From a virus, in the IMG/VR virus record IMGVR_UViG_3300009155_000040, positions 1-64,000 of that record: a stretch of DNA of 64,000 nt, one strand, 5' to 3'. A model generated the notes under the pieces. It saw nothing but the letters and a program-made list of their open reading frames with translations. It did no database searches and was not told the DNA's origin. The position numbers were made by a program, and so were the translations under genes. Shown one piece after another: positions 36,188-46,200 of the stretch (positions are counted from its first letter, which is position 1; the number at the start of each line of letters is the position of its first letter).

Positions 36188-38473
36188 TTAACTCCAAATT
36201 GCCATGTAATTGGCGGCCGGTGTAGATCGTTGTTCTGTATTTTGAACATATACTCGAATCCTGTCTCCAAGATCGCTCCAGGTACAACGTAGTGAGTCGT
36301 TACCATCAACTCCGCCGGCATAGTGTATAACTGCTATACTAGGCATAAATGCAATTAAATTAGCCATTGTTTTGCCTGAGGGCGGAAACACATCAAAAAA
36401 GTTTGCGCCATTATTCCAACTGCCTACTTGATTTGTGTAACCCGAAGTACTGTAAACTGTATTACCGTAGGTAAATGTATACTGTGGTAATCTACTGTCA
36501 ACATACTGTTTAGGAGTGGCATGTAAATCAGATATCGGATTGCCGTTCAGTGTTAGGTATCCAGACATTGTGCTACCGGAAATGGCTACTTTTGTTGGAT
36601 CGGTTGCACTAATTGATATATTAGTTGTGCCGTCAAACGACACACCATTAATAGTTCTAGCTGTTTGTAATCTCGATGCCGAGGTTGCATTTCCAGTTAC
36701 TGCTCCAACTAACGAAGCTGTAATTGTTCCTGCTGAAAAATTACCACTAGAATCACGTGCAACTACTTTACTTGCAGTATTAGCAGATGTAGCATCTACA
36801 GAAATTGTTAATGGTAACTGAGTATCGTAGTAACTCGGTGAACCAGTGCCTGAATAAGAAATATAAGTGCCAGCAGTTAATTTTTCTAACGCCATTGCAC
36901 CCCATGTTATAGAGTTGCCGCCGGTTGATTTAAGAACATAGCCAGGGGTGCCGGCTGGTAAAAATGCCGTTGTTCCAGATGCCGTTTGATAAGGTACAGA
37001 ACCGGCACTGCCGCCGGCGATGTTTGTAGATCTAGTTGCTAATGTTGCTGTTTCTGCATTGCCAACTAGAGTATTTGCATATATTTTATCCCATTTATTG
37101 TTTGAAGTTCCCAAATTAATTGGATCTCCAGCATGTATAAAATTAGGTGCAAAAGCTGGCTGGTTAATTCCGCTGCTGCTTAAAGATTGCGCAGATGTAA
37201 TAAAACCAATATCGGCGAAGTCTCCAGTAACAGCAGTATCAAATATTTTTAATAAAAATCCGGTTTGCTGATTTGCTGATAATGTTGGTGTACCACCTTG
37301 CACTCCAAGTGTAAGTTCTTCGGCTCCACCAACTGTTACTCCAAGGTCTGCAACATTTAAAGAATTAAGTGTTCCAACGTCAGTTAAAGACGAATTTAAA
37401 ACACTAGGACTTAATATGTCCCCAGTCAATGTTTCTGCGGCGGCTGGAATACTAATGTCAGCAGTTCCATCAAAATTAACATTATTGATTTTTCTAGGTG
37501 TTGTTAATTTAGTTGCTGTAGCAGCATTACCGCTAAGTGTTGCTCCAATAAATGTATTGGCTTGAACTACGTCAAAGGTGCTGGTTCCACTTGATGCTGT
37601 TACATTTCCAAGTAAGGTAGCAGTAATTGCGCCTGCTGAAAATCCGCCTGTGCTATTTCTTGCTACTACTTTTCCTGCTTGATTTGCAGACGATGCATCA
37701 ACAGCCCATGTAACTTCTGTTGACCCATTAAAATCAGTTCCAGTTAGATATGTTCCACGTTTCAACCTGTTGGTAGTATTTGATAAAACTGTTACATCCG
37801 ATGTTCCATCGAACACTGTACCGTTAATCAATCTTGGTGTTATCAGTCGTGTTGCAGTTGCCGCATTACCTGTTAGATTTCCTTTAACTACTGTTGATGA
37901 ATTTAATGTCAGGCCGGCTGCTAAGTTACTAAATCCAACAAGTCCATATGAAGGATTAATTGTAAATGCTGTGGCTGAAATAATGCCGATTATGCCGCCG
38001 TCGATTGTTAATTTTATAACTGGTCTACTGACATTGTCGCCATCTAATAAAGTAGTCGATACTGCTCGGGTGATTCCGAACCCTTCGGCAGTTTCTGGTC
38101 CGATGAATCGCCAATTGTTATCAGCCCATACATGCAATGTATTAAACGGAGATTTTAACCACAAAGCACCATTTGATGGCTCTTCCGGTGGGTCATTTGA
38201 TATTACAGCCGAGCCAACAATGGTCCATTTTGAGCCGTCATATACGTGTAAAATATTACTTAAAGTATTAAACCAAGTTTGACCTTGTAAAGGCCTTGCA
38301 GGAGGAAATTCATTTGCAAAATTTTCTAACATCCATACAAAGTTTTCGTTTTGTGTTTCACCATATCCAACATAGTTTCTTCCAACCAAGCCAATGCTGG
38401 TAGAAGTATCTATTGTACCGTCTTCTAAAACGACTAACGGTTCATTGTTAAATTTATTAATTGTATATGGCAT
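36188..38473 (-). CDS. Tail fibre protein (paralog 3) with internal repeats
   Basis: Shared N-domain; three A..L.T.R.ING..FDG.. repeats, two VDA.SAN.A.KVVAR.S.G.FSAG repeats, ATPKQYVD, C-terminal globular tip. Confidence 0.8.
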   Translation of the reverse strand: MPYTINKFNNEPLVVLEDGTIDTSTSIGLVGRNYVGYGETQNENFVWMLENFANEFPPARPLQGQTWFNTLSNILHVYDGSKWTIVGSAVISNDPPEEPSNGALWLKSPFNTLHVWADNNWRFIGPETAEGFGITRAVSTTLLDGDNVSRPVIKLTIDGGIIGIISATAFTINPSYGLVGFSNLAAGLTLNSSTVVKGNLTGNAATATRLITPRLINGTVFDGTSDVTVLSNTTNRLKRGTYLTGTDFNGSTEVTWAVDASSANQAGKVVARNSTGGFSAGAITATLLGNVTASSGTSTFDVVQANTFIGATLSGNAATATKLTTPRKINNVNFDGTADISIPAAAETLTGDILSPSVLNSSLTDVGTLNSLNVADLGVTVGGAEELTLGVQGGTPTLSANQQTGFLLKIFDTAVTGDFADIGFITSAQSLSSSGINQPAFAPNFIHAGDPINLGTSNNKWDKIYANTLVGNAETATLATRSTNIAGGSAGSVPYQTASGTTAFLPAGTPGYVLKSTGGNSITWGAMALEKLTAGTYISYSGTGSPSYYDTQLPLTISVDATSANTASKVVARDSSGNFSAGTITASLVGAVTGNATSASRLQTARTINGVSFDGTTNISISATDPTKVAISGSTMSGYLTLNGNPISDLHATPKQYVDSRLPQYTFTYGNTVYSTSGYTNQVGSWNNGANFFDVFPPSGKTMANLIAFMPSIAVIHYAGGVDGNDSLRCTWSDLGDRIRVYVQNTEQRSTPAANYMAIWS

Positions 38474-38494
38474 TTGAGCCGCTCCTAAATTTCA

Positions 38495-40387
38495 TTATAT
38501 TGTTACACTTCCAACGAATGTCCAAGCACTGCCTATAATTCTAAATGTTCTAACACTTCTAACAGGATTCAATATTTGTGCATCTAATGATTGTGCTGGT
38601 ACTGATAAACTGGTAATTGCCGATGCTGATCCACCAGCTGCTACTGTAAACACATTGCTTCCTGGCGAACCAATATTGAGATTCAGCGTGGATGGTAAAT
38701 TGCTTAACTCCATACAGAATATTCTTGCAAATGTGTTTACATCGTATTCAGCTATGGGTGCTATTTCCGGCAACATTGTGCCAGCAATATACCCGTTGGT
38801 AATTGTCGGATTGCCTGCAGAGTCCATTGGAATTACCAATGATAATACCACAGCCCTTGATCTAATTGATGCATCAACGTATGCTTTATTTGTAGCATCG
38901 TTAGCAGATGCAGGAGTTCCTAATCCAGTAATTTTAGGAGTACCAATTAATGCAATACTACCGCCTAATGAAGAAATTTCTAAATTTGGTAGTGCCGCAT
39001 TAATTGATGATATTCTATTGTTTTCTATTCTGACTGTTGATACACTTGCTGGTCCAACGTTAAGTTGTGTTAACGTACCAAAGGATGTAACACCCGGAAT
39101 ACTGGTAATTCCTGCACCCAATGAAGTTGCTGATAATACTTCAACTCCGTTAATGGCAAAATATTTTCCTGCTGCAATATTGATATGTTCAGAACTGTTC
39201 CATGCTGTGCCTAATAACTGCGGAGTTGAATCAGTGTATCCTGCTAGAACTGCGGCTGCTGTTGACTGTTGTGGAGCAAGTCCGCTAGAATCGGCCCATA
39301 AAAATATATGACTGCTGGCGCCTTGCAGGATTATGCCGCCACCGCTGGCATTTTGATCTGTTGGCACAGTAGATGTTTGTTTAGCTAATACAATGTTTTT
39401 ATCTTCTACAACTAACGTTCCAACATCAACAGTTAGGTAATCTCCTTGAACTGTGAGGTTTCCAACTACTGTTAAACTTCCGCCAATGGTTGTTTGGCTG
39501 GCAGGTTGTCCGTCGTATATGGAAACTGTACGAGAGTCGGATGCAATTCTAACAGCATCTTCTTGTACAATACCTTTTCTAACGTTAAAAACAATATCTC
39601 GGTTTGTTGCAGAGTTTGAAAGAATTACATTTCCTCCGCTAACAGTAATAGCACCCTGGCCAGCACTACCGACAGATATTCCTAAGTCAGTATTAATTCT
39701 TATCTGCCCTTCAATAATATTTGAAGTATCTTTACGAACATAGGTTGTAGCATCTGCGCCACCTAATTGTTCTGCATTTGTAGCAGTTGCATAAAATTTA
39801 AAACCGTCAACTGTTCCTGCATTGAAACCTGGACCGATGGATCCTGAAAATCCTTGAATGGCAGATTTTGGAGTAAATGCATCTTTTGAAAAGATTCCCA
39901 ATAATATTCCATTGTTGTATAGATAGGTTACAACTCGTGTTTGATTCAGCGTATCTAAAATACTTACAACTTTGAGACCACTTAATCCTTGACTAGCAGA
40001 ATATGCTGGTCCTAATAGTATTGTGCTAGTACCGTCATAAAAATATAATTGTTTTTCAATACTATTAAACCACAAGTCACCTGCACCCAAAGTTAAAGGC
40101 TGCGATCCTGCAATTGTTGCAGAACTTACTGGAATAAATTCATTTCCGTTATAAACTTTTACTCTGTTTTCTGACGTATCAAACCAAACTTGACCGCGGA
40201 TTGGATTAGTTGGGGTGTCGGCACTTGCAAAATTTTCCAATAGCTTGATTAAATTTTCATTATATATCTCACCAAAGCCGCTGTAATTTTTACCAATAAG
40301 AGTTAAGTCAGTGGATGACTGATCTATTTGACCGTCTGGAACTGTAGATACTATAGTTCCGTCTGTTTTATTAATTTGATATGCCAT
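38495..40387 (-). CDS. Tail fibre/baseplate protein (paralog 2)
   Basis: MAYQINK…GKNYSGFGE…LLENFA…P..GQ.W.D; ATNKAYVD. Confidence 0.75.
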   Translation of the reverse strand: MAYQINKTDGTIVSTVPDGQIDQSSTDLTLIGKNYSGFGEIYNENLIKLLENFASADTPTNPIRGQVWFDTSENRVKVYNGNEFIPVSSATIAGSQPLTLGAGDLWFNSIEKQLYFYDGTSTILLGPAYSASQGLSGLKVVSILDTLNQTRVVTYLYNNGILLGIFSKDAFTPKSAIQGFSGSIGPGFNAGTVDGFKFYATATNAEQLGGADATTYVRKDTSNIIEGQIRINTDLGISVGSAGQGAITVSGGNVILSNSATNRDIVFNVRKGIVQEDAVRIASDSRTVSIYDGQPASQTTIGGSLTVVGNLTVQGDYLTVDVGTLVVEDKNIVLAKQTSTVPTDQNASGGGIILQGASSHIFLWADSSGLAPQQSTAAAVLAGYTDSTPQLLGTAWNSSEHINIAAGKYFAINGVEVLSATSLGAGITSIPGVTSFGTLTQLNVGPASVSTVRIENNRISSINAALPNLEISSLGGSIALIGTPKITGLGTPASANDATNKAYVDASIRSRAVVLSLVIPMDSAGNPTITNGYIAGTMLPEIAPIAEYDVNTFARIFCMELSNLPSTLNLNIGSPGSNVFTVAAGGSASAITSLSVPAQSLDAQILNPVRSVRTFRIIGSAWTFVGSVTI

Positions 40388-40410
40388 GTTCTTATCCTAA
40401 ACGCCTTATA

Positions 40411-42543
40411 TTATATTACTGTACTGAATGCAGGTGGTCCGGATCTAATAATATAATTAATTGTTAGATACGGATTCATAATACCCACTGGTTGCGCTAA
40501 TGCAAATGTTGGGTCTGGTTTAGTAACCGGTCCTGAATTATTAAAATACTGTGCTTGACCTGGGGCTGTTGGTCCTAAGCCTGTGGTTGCTGGCGGATTA
40601 ATTGCAGTGTCTACACGTAGCGCAGAATACTGCGTTGTGCCATTTTGGAATGAATGTGTATGTTCCGGTAAATTACCCAGTGTCAATGTTGCAGCACTTT
40701 GCCCTGCATCTCCACCCAATGTTTGTGCTTTTGTGTCAGGCACCCGTCCTGCTGTACCGCCACCGCCATCAATGTAAGATCCTGTAGACAACGGAACTGA
40801 AACTCCGTTATCCATGTTGTCTTTACCAAGAGGAAATCTACCTCTCAAGTCTGGTAATCGATAAGTGTTAAAACCATTTAGTACTGATGAGCCATTGTAA
40901 GTAACTCCTATAGTATCATACAATGCTTGATACTTTGCAATTTCAACTTCAGATCCATCACACAACAAGTATCCGTAAGGAACGTTTGGTCCAGCATACG
41001 GAAGTATTGCTCCGATAGGAACTCCTAAGTCGCCAACAAAGGTATCTCTAGTTTGTTTGTAAAGACCAGTTGATCCAATACTTCTGTAGGTCAATACATA
41101 ATCAGACGGTTTTGAAACTGCAGGAGATGGTTCAGGTTTAGCAGAAATAATATTTGCTGTCAACTGTGTGTTAAAAATCTTTGAATTACTTTCAACCTGT
41201 CCGTCGAATCTAATAATGTTAGTACTGATAACGTCGCCTTGCATTTGGAAGGTTGTAATATTTTTAAGGTTAGTAGCAGTATTGGCATTTCCGCTGATGT
41301 TGCCATCAAGTACTCCTGAAATAGTTTCAGCAATAATTGTTTTTGCTCTAATTTCTTTCCAACGTTTTGACGCTGTTCCTAAATTGTAAGTATCGGTTGT
41401 TTTAGGCTGGGTAGCTGATAGGATCGTTGTTCCTGATATTTCAAGATCAGTGCCGACTCTAAGATTTTTTGTAATTGATACTCCGCCTGCTGTTCTGATA
41501 CTACCATCGCTAAGACTAGTACTTTCATCAGAGTTTGTAATTATTACCGATCCAGTTGTTTTTATGTTACCAATAATATCCAATGCTTCGTCCGGAGTTT
41601 CATTGTTAATACCAACCTTATCATCAATTATTCGGATAATAGCCGTTGCTCTTCCATCAATGTTTGTTTGAAGATCAATACTGCTACCAGTTTGAGAATT
41701 AAAAATTCTTGCAGATGTTGCTGTTGTTGATAATGTAAATGTTCTGTCAGCACCTAATGTTATACCTGTATTATTTGCAATATTAAATCCAGCAGCAGAA
41801 ATTGTATTTGCTGTGTCTGATCTTAAAAAGAATCCAGAATTAACTGTGTCTCCGTTTACAATTAATGCATCGGCAGCAAGAGCTGTTCCGTATAATTTAG
41901 GAAGCAATCCGCCTTCAAAATTTGCAGCTTCTGATAAACTCGGAACGTTAAGATTAATACCAGATTTAATAATTGGGAAGCCATTTAAAATAACTTTAGG
42001 TGTAAACGTATCTTTACTAAAAATAATAACAGGAATGTCAGCAATATAAAATACCAACACACTTCTAGTTGTATTATCACTGTCAGATATTCTTTCTACT
42101 GTAGGACCGTATCTTAAACCATCAATCGAACTTTCGCTCGGACCAACTAAAATCCAACGACCATTTTCTCCTCCAGAGAAAATACGCAACTGTTGATTGG
42201 TCGTGTCAACCCACAATTCGCCAACCTTTGCCGTATCAACTGAAGGTTCGGTTGGACCTTTTTGTATGTTTGACGCTGCCTTCCAACTCGAGTTATCCCA
42301 TATTTGTAAAATACCGTTTGTAGTATCATACCACAATTGGCCTTCTACTGGATTAACCGGTTTATTATCTTCATCGTTGGCAAAATTTTCTAACAGATGT
42401 AAAAAATTCTCTGCAATAATTTGTCCATAGCCTGTTTGATTTCGACCTGGAAATACTAAGGAAGTATCAAAATTTGATGTGTTGTCGTATACCGTAAGGT
42501 CTGTTTTGTTATTACTATCTGAAAATTTAATTGAATATGGCAT
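40411..42543 (-). CDS. Tail fibre protein (paralog 1) with tail-collar domain (gp12/gp10-like)
   Basis: PIGAILPYAG…GYLLCDGS…Y.ALY..IG…LPDLRGRF collar motif; C-terminal HTH and NPYLTINYII. Confidence 0.8.
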   Translation of the reverse strand: MPYSIKFSDSNNKTDLTVYDNTSNFDTSLVFPGRNQTGYGQIIAENFLHLLENFANDEDNKPVNPVEGQLWYDTTNGILQIWDNSSWKAASNIQKGPTEPSVDTAKVGELWVDTTNQQLRIFSGGENGRWILVGPSESSIDGLRYGPTVERISDSDNTTRSVLVFYIADIPVIIFSKDTFTPKVILNGFPIIKSGINLNVPSLSEAANFEGGLLPKLYGTALAADALIVNGDTVNSGFFLRSDTANTISAAGFNIANNTGITLGADRTFTLSTTATSARIFNSQTGSSIDLQTNIDGRATAIIRIIDDKVGINNETPDEALDIIGNIKTTGSVIITNSDESTSLSDGSIRTAGGVSITKNLRVGTDLEISGTTILSATQPKTTDTYNLGTASKRWKEIRAKTIIAETISGVLDGNISGNANTATNLKNITTFQMQGDVISTNIIRFDGQVESNSKIFNTQLTANIISAKPEPSPAVSKPSDYVLTYRSIGSTGLYKQTRDTFVGDLGVPIGAILPYAGPNVPYGYLLCDGSEVEIAKYQALYDTIGVTYNGSSVLNGFNTYRLPDLRGRFPLGKDNMDNGVSVPLSTGSYIDGGGGTAGRVPDTKAQTLGGDAGQSAATLTLGNLPEHTHSFQNGTTQYSALRVDTAINPPATTGLGPTAPGQAQYFNNSGPVTKPDPTFALAQPVGIMNPYLTINYIIRSGPPAFSTVI

Positions 42544-42545
42544 GT

Positions 42546-43208
42546 TTAGACCTCAGTGAAACCAGTTAAACTCTGTATGCGGATTGTATAATCAATCTGC
42601 AATAATCTGTTTAAAGATTTTTGTACAGGGTGGAATACTACATGGGTCAACAGTTTGCCGCCCTCTGGATGAAATGATTTTAATCCCAGTTCATCAAATA
42701 CAAAGTTGCCGGATAAATCAACAGAATTATCAAATGCTTCTTGCCCTAACGGTTCACCGTAGTCAAGCAAACAGGTTACAATAATGTCACTGTAAGTTGC
42801 TCCGCTAACATGGCGTATCTCCATTTTATTTCTAATTGGATCTGTATTTTCAATAACGTTTTGATCAACAATTTTGTTATAAGTTTGATTGTATAAGCTA
42901 GAATTAATTCCTATAGTATTCGGAGTCAAATATGTTATCAATCCAGTTGGGTCAACCACTGTGCCGCCAGTGCCGAATACCATTTCATATATGGTTCCGT
43001 TGCCTTGATTTGATAAACTGTTAACCATTGCTACTGACATGTTTTCGTAATGTATAGCATTTCGTTTATCAACAGCAATTTCGCCGGTTTCGGGATACCA
43101 AATTTTGATATGTCCTTCAAAATGGAACCCGCCTGTTTCATTTGGGCGAGTTGTTTGTTGTTTGTTTTGATCGTTATTTTCTGGCATGTTAGTCTCTTGT
43201 GATTCCAT
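42546..43208 (-). CDS. Baseplate/fibre-attachment structural protein
   Basis: FGTGGT…FDELGL…LLTHV.F.PVQKS…I.YTIRI; position between the wedge and fibre genes. Confidence 0.55.
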   Translation of the reverse strand: MESQETNMPENNDQNKQQTTRPNETGGFHFEGHIKIWYPETGEIAVDKRNAIHYENMSVAMVNSLSNQGNGTIYEMVFGTGGTVVDPTGLITYLTPNTIGINSSLYNQTYNKIVDQNVIENTDPIRNKMEIRHVSGATYSDIIVTCLLDYGEPLGQEAFDNSVDLSGNFVFDELGLKSFHPEGGKLLTHVVFHPVQKSLNRLLQIDYTIRIQSLTGFTEV

Positions 43209-43213
43209 AGTAG

Positions 43214-43220
43214 TATTTAT
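43214..43220 (-). promoter_or_regulatory. T4-type late promoter (ATAAATA)
   Basis: 5 nt upstream of ATG 43208. Confidence 0.55.
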
Positions 43221-46200
43221 TCGGGCAGTCTAGTAGTCTTTTTAGCTATGAACGCAGCAATAGGAGTACTGTTTTCTAACAATGTAATACCCTTGCTGAC
43301 TGTTGTAGCACCTTTTTCGTACCAAATATTGCCTACCTTTTTAATAATTGAAATTCTAGTTCCGGCTGGTATTTTAGATGTTAGTCTAATGTACGGACTA
43401 ACTCCATCTACTGAAAAATCAGCTTCTAAAACAACGTCCGAGGACGGACTAGATGCTCCTAGTGACTCATCGTATACTTGTAGAGAATCTTTTCTCAATC
43501 TTTCTCCGCCAGCAAATACTTCAAATTCATCACAAGGTCCGTATTCTTCTGGTATAGTAACAGTTGTTGCTGTAGTCCATATTCTGCTAGATTTCGTTGG
43601 GATAAAATCTAACGGGCCAACTAACAATGTGCTTCCGTCGCTTATAAAGTCTAATTTATTTTGACTTTCTTTGTAAGGAATTGTTTCATTTCTGCCAATA
43701 TCAACTACAAAACTTCCTGCACTATGAATAGGTGCAATAGCTGTTCCGCTAACTCCACGTCTTAATTGAGTTAGCGTATTGCCAGTTTTTTGTAGATATT
43801 CAATTCTTTCACTGTTAATTATCAAAGTTCCAGGAATGTTTCTTTCTCTCATGGGTTCTGATAACGTTGACGCATCTGTCACAACAATCTCTTGATCGTA
43901 ATATGTTAACTCTTTGGTTAGAGTAACTGTACTGTCAACACTGTATCGTTTGAAAGAATAACCGTTTAACATATCTTTGTGTATTTCATATGCGCTCGGT
44001 GATCTATATATTTTAGAACCAAATAATACTATTTTAATAGTATCATCAGTTGTTGTGGAGTCTTTCAAGTAGACAACACCACGCGGTAGAGAAACATAAA
44101 ACTCTCTGTCCTGAACAAGTCGTTCTCCGTTTTTGTATACCCATACATAACTAGCATCCAATGGTGCAAATCCTAACTGATAGTTAATTTTTCCGCCAAC
44201 ATATTCGTCGGACACTATTTCCATTGACGGATATTCACTAAACCAAGTAATTTTGATAATGTCATTATCTGTTTCGTTTGTTGTTGACATTGGGAGCGTA
44301 CTGTTTAAAGTTAATATTGTAGCTGTTGAATCTGTTGAAATTGTATATTCAGCTCTAAAATCATTTTCAATCTTAATAGTATCGCCCTCGGACATGTCCT
44401 TAGTGATTATCAACTGTTTTGTCGGGCCGTTGTAGATATAATCTTTAACAAACTCTGTTAACTCGTTATTAACAAAAACTTTTATGTTAGAAGATAATAC
44501 TGTACCAGCACCTTCGAGAGGGTCTACTCCAATAACAAAAGTATTTGTTACGCCGTCATATATTGCTGATATAGTATCCACACCTTGCAGTATTGTTCCA
44601 TTAAGTTCAACCACAACTGATGCAACGACCGATCCTTTTGATTGAATGCTTAAATCAGCGATTTCAAAGCTTCGTGTGCTTCCTTCAAATTCAAATTCTT
44701 GTGAATGCACTCTAACAATGCCTGAGGATGTTGCGCCTGGGCCTATTGATAGAATTTTAATAACTGAGTTGGCCAATGGGGTTGTTCCAAATTGTATCAA
44801 TGTTTTTTCTAATGTGTCTACTACATTCGTGCTGTTGATAAACCCGGTATCTTCGTAAATTCCGTTAACCGATACTGAAACCATATCTGTGTCTTTAAAA
44901 TTTGCATTGGTCAAGAATAAATTCGTTTCACCGTCTGCAATAAACTCCTGATAATCTAACAATGCAACACCGCCAATTCCAAAAGATATTAATTCAATAA
45001 GCATTCCTGTTGTAGGTGCTGTATTAAACAATACTTCATTGGATACAAAATCTATAGAGTAATCAAAAGAAGATGTTCCTTGATACTCTTTTTTGTTTTT
45101 GTCAACATACACCAATAATGAATTAGATTCAAATATGTTTAAACCTATTTTAAATATTGTATCGCTACCGTTACCTACTAGTGTTTTAGTCTGTAGAGGT
45201 GCAGCACCGTCGCTATCTGTTGTAAACACTTTAATGCTAACGCTGTCAAGAATCTGTCCTGGGATATTCTCTTCAGGAGCAGGTACTTGATCTGGTCCGA
45301 TCAACTTACCGCCGTCGATGGTTATATCTTCTGCTCGTGTTCCTGTTGCAGTAATATATGCCGGACCCATTGCTGCAAACGACCCGCCGCTGAGTTTAGT
45401 ATCTAATAAATTAGTGTCGTTAATTGTAACAGATCCATCACTGTCAACTGTTCTAAAAATTAATGTATCGCCGGCATTGGTGTGAACATACTCGCCAATT
45501 TCAACTACCTTAGTAGAGCCGTCGCCAATAAACGTAGGCATTAGTGCATTTGGATCAGTTCCTACCACTCCGTCAATTCTAACTGTTGGCTGGTTAGAAA
45601 TAATTGGTTCGTAGACCACTGTGGGTGCTGTATCATCTCCTAATGTCTGTATTGTCTTTGGTGAGCGGCCTAGTCCGGATCCTGTTCTCTTTAGATATAC
45701 ATTTATTTCTTTTCCATCTAATGGTGTAAACGGTAATGTAATATTTGTTGTGCTACCATCGCAGACAACATAAAAATCAGCACTTGATTCAACGCTGTCC
45801 CATGCATCGGTAAACCACGGTAACGCATCCCAGCCACCTGTTACGTCAAAGGTCGTTCCTTGTACCTGTACTCCGCCATAGTCTATACCTGTCATTAACT
45901 GTCCAAGGTCTTTGCCTTTCATTCCAGTTAATGGATAGTAGTATTTGCTGATCCTGTTAACACTGTCTAATAATTCATCATTTTTTACATAATAAATTTC
46001 AATTAAGTCGCCTAGATATCCAGTGGCTACATTTGGACCTGCTGGAACTTCTGTGAATATAATTTTACCTTTTAGTAAAGAGAATGTGTCAGTGCTTGAT
46101 TTAAACAACGTGATATTGTATTCGTTGCTCAATACCACTTGGTTATTTTTTAACACCTGAATTTGACTCTTATCTCGCGTTGGAGCATAAGCCAATTCAA

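Noticed and set aside
36188-36480. Diversity-generating retroelement variable region at the fibre tip
   Set aside because: No near-identical template repeat or reverse transcriptase in the window
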